Assembly: GCA_047967505.1 (NCBI GenBank) | Contig: CM106538.1 | Reading direction: 5' to 3' (one strand) | Source of the DNA: Dipteris shenzhenensis | Taxonomy: Eukaryota | Length of the DNA: 64,000 nt | Shown: positions 41,310 to 50,230 of the stretch, piece after piece | Numbering within the stretch: the first letter of the stretch is position 1 | Layout of the letters: every line of letters begins with the position of its first letter | The notes under the pieces: generated by a model | What the model was told of the DNA's origin: nothing | Seen by the model: the letters and a program-made list of their open reading frames with translations, nothing else | Database searches by the model: none | Program-made: the position numbers and the translations under genes

Positions 41310-43203
41310 GTCTGTCTTACACATACAAGACATGCCCTAAAATTGGAGGGGAAGGCACAGTTTTCGTGGAAGAAGTGGGGGATTAAAGCAATATGGACAG
41401 AGATTAATGAGGTTTTGACAGTGGCCCATTGGAAGGCAGCCAAAAGGCTATAAGGATACACCACAGGTACTTCAAATTATGGAGAAGAGACCATGCTGGC
41501 TGATGCTACCGCCCACTGGTGTGACAATCAAAGGTTTTGGACGAAGTATCCTGCCATCCACATCAGAATCAAGCGCACCGAGCTTCAACACCAACTTATT
41601 ACAAAAAGAATGGAGAAATTCATCTTATGTATTGCAGTCCAAAAGAGCAAATGACAGATTGCAGCACAAAATGAGCAAGCAGGAAGACATATCCAGAATG
41701 ACATGTGGTGTTGATCACCATTGACTGGTTTCCAGAGCAGCAAGGGGTGTGCTTGTGGGGCATTTAAGCAGCCCACTGGAGCACGAAGGCTGACAGATGA
41801 TCGGAAGTGCTAGGAGGAGGTAGAACGCAGTTCTGAAGGTGCTAGGCGTCCACATCTAGGCAGTAACTTAGCTGCTAGATGGTAGCACATTGAGCACGCT
41901 TTTGTATCAGGTTTTGTCCATCATTAAAGCAATCTGTAATACATATTTTGTTGTTCCACTCTACGATGCATTGTTCAAGATTTGTGTCTGTATCTATCTC
42001 TATCTACAATTGTGTGCAGTTAGAAAGGAGTGAGATTTGATTTTAGCATTGTGTGATTCCTGTGCATTTGTATACATTCTTCTATTGGGGTAATGTTGGT
42101 ATCAGAGCCACGACGAGGAAGGCTCACAAGTGCACGGAGCTTGGAGATGAGAACCTTTGAAAGGAGATCTCAGTTCAGGCTTGTGAAGTTCCTGAAATAG
42201 ACTCAACTTAGATGCACCTGATACAAATACTAGCCATCCCTCACTAGGGCACAACTGTCTGAATCTTGGTCACCTTCCTTCTCACAAATGTACATGTCCT
42301 TCAACCAAAAGAATTGACTTCAATTTTCATTGAGATCTCCTCGCAAAAGTTCTCATCTCCAAGTTCCACACACTTGTGAATCTTCCTCAGGGCTCTTGGA
42401 ACAGAAGAATGTATAGAAATGTGGCACATGAATCACACAATGCTAAAATCAAGTCTTGCTCTGTTCTATCGTGCACACGATTGTAGATAGAGATAGATGT
42501 AGACACAAATCTTGAACAACGCATAAAGGAGTGGAACAACGAAATATGTATTATAGATTGCTCCAATGCCACATACAAAAGTGTGCTCAATGTGCCATCA
42601 TCTAGGAGCTAGGTACTACCTAGTCAACGCCCATGTTTGAAGGATAGGTACATCTATGAGAAGAAGGTGACCAAGATTCACGCAGTTGTGCCCTAGTGAG
42701 GGATTGCTAGTATTTATAGCAGCTGCATTTGTGTTGAGTCTATTTCGGGCTACACATGTGCTGACCCCAAACTTGTGTTACAGTAGCTTTGGTTAGGAGC
42801 AAAGCCGCTGCTGGAAGATTGAGACGGACAGTGGCCAGCACTACATCACTGGCTATGCATTAGTAGGACCTTGCCCCCTCTCGAGCTCCCCATGACATTT
42901 GCACCTTGTGAGGGCCCATTTTACTGGCTAGAGCCAGCATGGCCTGTTTACATGGATTGATCGACATGATGATGAGGATTGTGATAATGATGATGATGTC
43001 ATCTTATTGATGATATGACTATGTGCTACTTAGGACTTAGCATTCAGCATGGGTGATGATGCTTGTTTGGTAGCTCCACCCTTTCTGCTTGTTGTATCAG
43101 GTTTTCTACCATTCTCATAGACCCATCGGTCTTTCGTAGACTGTAATAAACTTTCTTTCTTTCTCTATTCTCTCTCTCTCTCTCTCTCATACACACACAC
43201 ACA
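41310..43203 (+). mobile_element. Old LTR-element remnant with PBS, internal inverted duplication and terminal (CT)n(CA)n
   Basis: TGGTATCAGAGCC at 42097-42109; TATA-like tatttatag at ~42711; aataaa at 43145 followed by (CT)n then (CA)n. Left boundary uncertain. Confidence 0.5.
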
Positions 43204-44037
43204 TTTTTTTTTTTGGGGTGAAATCTTTGATTGATTATATTACATGAGTTGCAACCTTAAAAAAAGGTGCTACAATTACATCAACTGAAAATTTCAGTAT
43301 ATGCCAAAAAGAGCTCGTGATCTATGCAGTGGGTTTGCAAGCAATCAAAGAAAGATTGCTACAGAGAACACCTGAAAAAGCCAAACAGAGAGAAAGTAGG
43401 ATCACCAAAGACTTTACAATTTCTATATGTCCATAAAGTCCATAGTGCCCAGTAGTGAACCCAAACAAAGAAAAGATGAAACTCCTGTTTGGATGGATGA
43501 AACCCAAATAGCCAGAAGAACTTCCCAAACGGAACAGATGGGAATCCTGCTTGCAAGCGCTGTCGTATGGCAAGTAAAATTGAATATATGCCACAACGAT
43601 GGACTGCACTATTCAAAGACGAATGTGCAAAGGCTAGGTTGCGAGTTTCCAATACTCAAGCTTTTTCCGAAGCTTAGCCAAAACCCAATCAGTTTGTTGT
43701 CGGCGAGTGAGTTCCTACCCGAAAGGGTAACCAAGATGACGAACGAATTGAGTGGGTGGAATGATATCCCCGGGCCATAATAGACTATGCTAGTCTTTGG
43801 AATGCAAAGGGAGCAGCTTAGATTTTTGAAAATTAACATGAAGACCAGCTGCCAAACCATAAACAGAGAGGGCCTGCATCAAGGCACCAAGATCATGGGG
43901 CATATTCTTCGGGGTAAAGAAAGAATCATCAGCATAAGCTTGAGCAACCATGCTGCGATTAGCATCTGATTCCAAGCCATGAAGTGACCCTGTAGCCACA
44001 AGATGATCAATATATTGCAGCATAGGATGAGTAGCGA

Positions 44038-44508
44038 TGTTACGCTCTAGCCGAGGTAGCATGACCTCGGAAGAATCAGTCGACATTTCCCTTATAGGAT
44101 CTATTTTTGTAATCTATGTGTTTGCGCTTTATGTAAATGATCGGGAGGGATTAATGTCAAGGTCCTAGGTGAGGGCTGATAGCACCAGACTAGATAGATC
44201 TGAGACCAGGGGCCTAGTGCAAAGAATGTGCCTAGGGGCAAGGAATTAAATGCATCCCAAGAGAGGGGTGAAATGTTGCATTAGAAAGGCCCTATATGGA
44301 TGACATGTGGCATCTAGATCTATCTAGGGATTTGGGGTCTGTCAAAGCTTGAGAGAGAAGGGGAGAATAAAGGGATTTACGTGATTTTGAGATAGCTCTC
44401 TCTCTCTCTCTCTCTTGCTGTGAAGCTTTGGCAGTTTGGCTGGGTGGAAGATCAAGGTGCTACTCCCGTGATCGGAACTAGAGACTAGGATAGTAAATAG
44501 TGGTAACA
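44038..44508 (+). repeat. Gypsy LTR1 (471 bp)
   Basis: TGTTAC...GTAACA termini; internal aataaa and (CT)10. Confidence 0.95.
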
Positions 44509-44511
44509 ATT

Positions 44512-44529
44512 TGGTATCAGAGCCAGGTT
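44512..44529 (+). promoter_or_regulatory. Primer-binding site, 18-nt complement of the plant tRNA-iMet 3' end
   Basis: TGGTATCAGAGCCAGGTT, 3 nt (ATT) after LTR1. Confidence 0.92.
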
Positions 44530-44532
44530 AAT

Positions 44533-45003
44533 TGTTACCACTATTTACTATCCTAGTCTCTAGTTCCGATCATGGGAGTAGCACCTTGATCTTCCACCCA
44601 GCCAAACTGCCAAAGCTTCACAGCAAGAGAGAGAGAGAGAGAGAGCTATCTCAAAATCACGTAAATCCCTTTATTCTCCCCTTCTCTCTCAAGCTTTGAC
44701 AGATCCCAAATCCCTAGATAGATCTAGATGCCACATGTCATCCATATAGGGCCTTTCTAATGCAACATTTCACCCCTCTCTTGGGATGCATTTAATTCCT
44801 TGCCCCTAGGCACATTCTTTGCACTAGGCCCCTGGTCTCAGATCTATCTAGTCTGGTGCTATCAGCCCTCACCTAGGACCTTGACATTAATCCCTCCCGA
44901 TCATTTACATAAAGCGCAAACACATAGATTACAAAAATAGATCCTATAAGGGAAATGTCGACTGATTCTTCCGAGGTCATGCTACCTCGGCTAGAGCGTA
45001 ACA
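44533..45003 (-). repeat. Gypsy LTR2 (471 bp, inverted relative to LTR1; the natural 3' LTR of gag-pol)
   Basis: Reverse complement of LTR1 with two C>T differences seen (~44573, ~44704). Preceded on the minus strand by PPT AGAGGGAAGGAA (45004-45015). Confidence 0.95.
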
Positions 45004-45015
45004 TTCCTTCCCTCT

Positions 45016-48000
45016 TCAGACATCAGCGTCCTCGATGATAAAGTCTGGGAACACTCTCCGCAACTGATATACGGATTCCCAGGTAGCTTCGGATAGACGC
45101 TGACCATGCCATGCAACCAACACCGTGGGTATCTTCCGATTTCGTATTTGCATTGTTCCTCGGTCCAGGATTCTTGTTGGTTTGCGCCTTGCAATATCCT
45201 CTATCTCCTGAAACAAAACCACACCTTCGATTAGTGAGTCACCAGTATGTAAAAATTTCTTTAAACGTGAAACATGAAAAACCGGGTGCACCTTACACCC
45301 CTGTGGTAATTCTAATTTATAGGCTACACTGCCTACTCTCTTTAGAATTAACCACGGCCCACAGTATCGAGGTGATAACTTAGCACACTCTCCTGAAGTC
45401 AACGACTTCGAGTGCGAAGGAATTCTGAGAAAAACTTTTTCTCCTTCTTCAAATACTCTTATAGACCGATTTTCATCCGCATACACCTTGGCTCTATCCA
45501 TAGCCTGGTGGATGTTAGCTCTCGCAAGTGCTAGCATCTCCCGCATCTGAACTACAAAGTTCGCGGCACTAGGCACTTTCTGAGGTACTCCAACTATAGT
45601 TGGATTGGCTGGTCTATAACCATAGTTCAGCTCAAACGGACTGAACCTAGTAGATGAATGTTTCCTATCATTGTAGGCAAACTCCAACAATGGCAACCAC
45701 TTGTCCCATGTATGTTGCCTCAATGACACATATGCTCTCAGCATATCCTCTAAAGTCTGGTTGACTCTCTCCGTCTGACCATCCGTCTCAGGATGATCCC
45801 CACTACTCATTCCCAACTCAGTCCTTAGTGTCTCAAATACCGCTGTCCAAAAGTGACCGGTAAACCTGACATCTCTGTCTGACACTATGGATCTAGGCAA
45901 TCCATGCAGACGAAATATATGTCTAATAAACAACTCCGCTACTTGCGGGGCACTAATAGACTCTCTAGTCGGAATGAAGTGAGCCATCTTGGTTAGACGA
46001 TCAACCACCACAAGGATAGAATTATACCCTCCTTGTGTTGCAGGTAGTCCTACAATAAAATCCATGGAAATGCTCTCCCACTTGCTTAGTGGTATTTCCA
46101 AGGGCTGTAAAAGTCCGGGTGGCTTCACCCGTTCGGCCTTACTTACCTGACACGAGAAACACCGTGTCACATATTCATGAATATGCTTTTTCATCTTTGG
46201 CCAAAAGAAATCTCGCTTCACGAGATCATATGTCTTCTCGACTCCTGGATGTCCCGCACATGGGCTATCATCATGGCATTGTCGGATGACTCTCTGCCTG
46301 AGATCATTCTGACCAGGTACTACAACCTTGCCATTTCTAACTAGCATACCATCCCTTATGGTATATCTTGCATAAGTTTGGCCTTTTTTGGATGCCAGGT
46401 CATCCTTTTCATTTTCCCCGGGTTTTAACACATGAGCCTTAGGCCATAAGCTCTGGACAAACTCGTCCACCTTCTGAGTTTCTCTGATCTCGGTCATTAG
46501 AGCACTCTCTAATACCGTGAAACTCAGGTTGTGCATAATGCGAGACAACGCATCAGCTACCTTATTGTCTTTTCCTCTTCGGTACCGAATCGTTAGATTA
46601 AACTCCTGCATGAGCTCTGCCCACCTAGCTTGGCGGCCCCTCAAGTCAGGCTGTTTACAAAAATGTTTCAGAGTATCATGATCCACATCCACATAAAACT
46701 CTGAACCATATAGATAATGCCTCCATGTTTCCAAAGCATGGATAACAGCATACAACTCCAATTCATGAGTTGGCCAATTCCTTTGAGAGGGAGAAAGCTT
46801 CTTGCTTTCGAAGGCTACTGGCCTTCCCTCTTGAAGGAGGACTGCTCCTACCGCAATGCCACTTGCATCGGTTTCTAGGAACAACGGTTTCTGGGGATCA
46901 ACTATTTTTAACACCGGTCCTGAGACCACAGCTTGTTTTATGGTGTTAAAACTTTCCTGTTGATTCTGTCCCCAAATAAAAGGTACTTTATCTGAGGTCA
47001 GATCAGTCAATGGCGATATTATTTCGGAATATCCTTTGATATGCCTTCTATAAAACTGGACAAATCCCAAGAATGATCGCAACGCGGTCAGACTCTGAGG
47101 GATTGGCCAAGTTAGTATCGCAGCCACTTTCTTCGGATCCATTTCTACCCCCTGTGGAGTAATTATGAACCCTAGATACTCAAGCCTAACCATACACAGT
47201 ATAGTTTTCTTTTTATTCACATAAAGACTGGCTTTCCTCAAAGTACTGAACACTATCCTTAAGTGTTCACGATGTTCAGTAAGACTTTTACTGAATATCA
47301 AAATGTCGTCAATAAAATGTACCACGAACTTTTCGATATACGGTCGTAGTAAGTCGTTCATAAGCATGACAAAGGTCGCTGGAGCATTGGTAAGTCCGAA
47401 GGGCATTACCCAAAACTCATAATGACCAAACCTGCTCCTAAAAGCGGTTTTATGCACATCCTCGGCTCTAATCCGGATCTGATGATAGCCGCACTTAAGA
47501 TCTATCTTGCTGAAAATCACGGCTCCATGTAATGCATCTAGCAAATCATCAATCCGAGCCATCGGATACCTGTGCTTGACAGTGATATTATTCAATGCTC
47601 TGTAATCTATACAGAGGCGAAACGTATCATCCTTTTTCCTCTTTAATATCACTGGTGAAGCAAAAGGTGAGAAACTTGGTTGAATCTGTCCCAGCTTGAG
47701 GTATTCTTCCAGTTGCCTACGCACCTCCGCTTCCTCAGTAAAACTCATTCTATAGGGAGGTCTATTTACAGGCTCTGCCCCCGGGATCAGTTCAATCTTA
47801 TGCTGAACTTTCCGCTCTGGAGGTAACCCATAAGGTAGTTCATCCCTAAAGCATTCAGAGAACTCCTCTGTTATAAGATTAGCCAGCTTGGCCATCTCAT
47901 CACTTTGCGTAACATCAGTGCTAGCCGAAGACTCATCCACCGACTCTACCGATGCTGTGCAAAGGTATAAAGACTCTACTTGAGCCTTTCTGATTTCCAT

Positions 48001-49719
48001 CACGGAAACCAACGGTCCCTGAGGTATATCTCTTTCACCTCGCAAGACATAAAGCACATCATTCATCTTGAATTGGTATACGTGCTTTTTCCAATCAATG
48101 GCTGGATTCTTCCTAGAATGCCACGCCATTCCCAGGGCTATATCCGCATGAGCAAGCTTGGTTATTTCAAAATCAAGCTTCTCAGTATAGTCCTGAATCC
48201 GAAGCTCCAACTGGGTAACCCTTTGGTCCCATACTTCAGTTGAACTTCCATCAGCCATCCTGACTGTATACGCATAGTCAGATGGACTTGTCTTTAATTT
48301 CAGCCTCTTCACGAGCTTGGAGTTAATCACATTGTGAGTTGACGCTGAGTCAAACAACACAATGACATCATGACTGGCCACTTGCCCTTTCATTTTGATT
48401 AACTCCGTATCATTGAAGGCTGTATACCCCGTTGCTGCGGGCTTAGATAGGATGTTATCAGGTGCACTCGTCACTAACTTAGTAACAGACACACAGAACA
48501 AACAAGGTACTAACCTCTGAGAAGATCCCGCTAGCTGAATCTGCATCTCTTCCGCTCTGGGACTTCCCTGCATCTCCACGTCGCACTCTGAGATCACCAT
48601 CTCAGCCATCCGACGATCTTTATTACGTGGACAATCTCTCCACTGATGAGGTTGAAGGCAACCAAAGCATAAGCCTTCTCTCGCTTTTTCCCTTTGTTTC
48701 GGGTTCAAGGGAGACTTAGACCAAGCTCGGGCTGCCATTGGAGTTACTTTTCTCTTCACTCCAATGGTGGTACTTGGTTTGGGAGTTTCAGCCGGTCTCG
48801 CCTGCTTGGCTTGACCACTCGGCTGCGAACCACTCCCTTTACTAGTCCACTTCTTCTTAAACCCAGATTTCTTCGGATACCCATACTGGGTTCCGACCTG
48901 TGCAAACCCACTTGGCTTGCTGCCCTTGGCATCCTCGTAGTTCAAGGCTATAGCTATTGCATCATCTAGCGTGTTCGCGTACTTAGCTCGAACTTCCATT
49001 TTTATTCGGTCATTCAATCCAAATATGAAATCTTTCACTTGGATTGATTGAGGCAGGGGTTCGTCAACCTTCATTACACTCTCTCGAAACTTATCAGTGT
49101 ATTCTGCCACTGATAAATTTCTCTGACGCAGGTTCCTATATTGATCCCAAGCTCGGGATGCCTCGTCAGGAGGTAAGAAGTGTTTCCTGAACTCTCTTTT
49201 AAACCCCTCCCAGGTAGTGGATGCTATACCGTCTTTTTGTTGTTTAATCCACCACCGATCCGCCGCCTCACTAAACATATGGGTGGCCTCGCGGATCTTT
49301 TTGATGTCATTTCTGATCTCACAAATGGCGAACGCCTCGTCCCATTTGTGTAGCCAGGTCTCAATGACATCGGAGCTACGGTCGTTCATCCGACCAGAAT
49401 ACTTTTCCGGTCTGTAATTAGCAATATTTGGCACTTTAGCCTTCCTAGGCTCGACCGTATGGACACTAGACTCCGGTTCCATCGGAGCCTTTCCCTTCTC
49501 CTCTCGAGAAGGTCTGGCAGACATACTCTGGAGTGCTCTCCTAAGTTCGGACTGCCCTGCATTGGCTTGTAACTGCTGTGCTAACAACTGTTGCAAGGCA
49601 TCTTCCAGCAATGCAATCCTGCCAGATAACGTATGAGCTACTGGGCGCGATCCCTGCTGGGTCGGCCGGACTCCTGATTCACCAGGGTCCCTCTTGGAAG
49701 CTCCTTCTTCTGCTTCCAT
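45016..49719 (-). CDS. Intact Gag-Pol polyprotein of a chromovirus (gag, Zn knuckle, protease, RT, RNase H, integrase, chromodomain), 1567 aa
   Basis: CFGCLQPHQWRDC; LFDSASTHN; FRLCIDYRALN...FIDDILIFS; LETDASG...ELELYAV; HHCC, ISMDF...SDRD...DGQTER; GPW; chromodomain KPTRILD...LVAWHG...ATWE. PR-RT-RH-IN order indicates gypsy. Confidence 0.96.
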   Translation of the reverse strand: MEAEEGASKRDPGESGVRPTQQGSRPVAHTLSGRIALLEDALQQLLAQQLQANAGQSELRRALQSMSARPSREEKGKAPMEPESSVHTVEPRKAKVPNIANYRPEKYSGRMNDRSSDVIETWLHKWDEAFAICEIRNDIKKIREATHMFSEAADRWWIKQQKDGIASTTWEGFKREFRKHFLPPDEASRAWDQYRNLRQRNLSVAEYTDKFRESVMKVDEPLPQSIQVKDFIFGLNDRIKMEVRAKYANTLDDAIAIALNYEDAKGSKPSGFAQVGTQYGYPKKSGFKKKWTSKGSGSQPSGQAKQARPAETPKPSTTIGVKRKVTPMAARAWSKSPLNPKQREKAREGLCFGCLQPHQWRDCPRNKDRRMAEMVISECDVEMQGSPRAEEMQIQLAGSSQRLVPCLFCVSVTKLVTSAPDNILSKPAATGYTAFNDTELIKMKGQVASHDVIVLFDSASTHNVINSKLVKRLKLKTSPSDYAYTVRMADGSSTEVWDQRVTQLELRIQDYTEKLDFEITKLAHADIALGMAWHSRKNPAIDWKKHVYQFKMNDVLYVLRGERDIPQGPLVSVMEIRKAQVESLYLCTASVESVDESSASTDVTQSDEMAKLANLITEEFSECFRDELPYGLPPERKVQHKIELIPGAEPVNRPPYRMSFTEEAEVRRQLEEYLKLGQIQPSFSPFASPVILKRKKDDTFRLCIDYRALNNITVKHRYPMARIDDLLDALHGAVIFSKIDLKCGYHQIRIRAEDVHKTAFRSRFGHYEFWVMPFGLTNAPATFVMLMNDLLRPYIEKFVVHFIDDILIFSKSLTEHREHLRIVFSTLRKASLYVNKKKTILCMVRLEYLGFIITPQGVEMDPKKVAAILTWPIPQSLTALRSFLGFVQFYRRHIKGYSEIISPLTDLTSDKVPFIWGQNQQESFNTIKQAVVSGPVLKIVDPQKPLFLETDASGIAVGAVLLQEGRPVAFESKKLSPSQRNWPTHELELYAVIHALETWRHYLYGSEFYVDVDHDTLKHFCKQPDLRGRQARWAELMQEFNLTIRYRRGKDNKVADALSRIMHNLSFTVLESALMTEIRETQKVDEFVQSLWPKAHVLKPGENEKDDLASKKGQTYARYTIRDGMLVRNGKVVVPGQNDLRQRVIRQCHDDSPCAGHPGVEKTYDLVKRDFFWPKMKKHIHEYVTRCFSCQVSKAERVKPPGLLQPLEIPLSKWESISMDFIVGLPATQGGYNSILVVVDRLTKMAHFIPTRESISAPQVAELFIRHIFRLHGLPRSIVSDRDVRFTGHFWTAVFETLRTELGMSSGDHPETDGQTERVNQTLEDMLRAYVSLRQHTWDKWLPLLEFAYNDRKHSSTRFSPFELNYGYRPANPTIVGVPQKVPSAANFVVQMREMLALARANIHQAMDRAKVYADENRSIRVFEEGEKVFLRIPSHSKSLTSGECAKLSPRYCGPWLILKRVGSVAYKLELPQGCKVHPVFHVSRLKKFLHTGDSLIEGVVLFQEIEDIARRKPTRILDRGTMQIRNRKIPTVLVAWHGQRLSEATWESVYQLRRVFPDFIIEDADV

Positions 49720-49763
49720 TTGTTCAGTAGGTGTTTTGTTTTTGGGGTTTTTTTTTTTTTTAA

Positions 49764-50230
49764 ACGCTCTAGCCGAGGTAGCATGACCTCGGAAGAATCA
49801 GTCGACATTTCCCTTATAGGATCTATTTTTGTAATCTATGTGTTTGCGCTTTATGTAAATGATCGGGAGGGATTAATGTCAAGGTCCTAGGTGAGGGCTG
49901 ATAGCACCAGACTAGATAGATCTGAGACCAGGGGCCTAGTGCAAAGAATGTGCCTAGGGGCAAGGAATTAAATGCATCCCAAGAGAGGGGTGAAATGTTG
50001 CATTAGAAAGGCCCTATATGGATGACATGTGGCATCTAGATCTATCTAGGGATTTGGGGTCTGTCAAAGCTTGAGAGAGAAGGGGAGAATAAAGGGATTT
50101 ACGTGATTTTGAGATAGCTCTCTCTCTCTCTCTCTCTTGCTGTGAAGCTTTGGCAGTTTGGCTGGGTGGAAGATCAAGGTGCTACTCCCGTGATCGGAAC
50201 TAGAGACTAGGATAGTAAATAGTGGTAACA
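49764..50230 (+). repeat. Gypsy LTR3 (direct copy of LTR1 lacking the first 4 nt, TGTT)
   Basis: No differences from LTR1 44042-44508 found by eye; preceded by a T run instead of a PPT. Confidence 0.95.

Larger units (their letters stand above)
44038..50230. mobile_element. Ty3/gypsy chromovirus insertion with three LTRs and an inverted internal region; TSD AGCGA
   Basis: AGCGA at 44033-44037 and 50231-50235. Removing the element restores the LINE RT codons ALLYAIATHP. Confidence 0.95.

Noticed and set aside
44512-44529. tRNA gene
   Set aside because: Only the 18-nt 3' complement (PBS) is present; there is no cloverleaf.
47300-47330. RT active site FIDD instead of YxDD
   Set aside because: FIDD is common in plant chromoviruses.
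44038-50230. DIRS-like element suggested by the inverted repeats
   Set aside because: It encodes a DDE integrase, protease and chromodomain, has no tyrosine recombinase, and has a 5-bp TSD.
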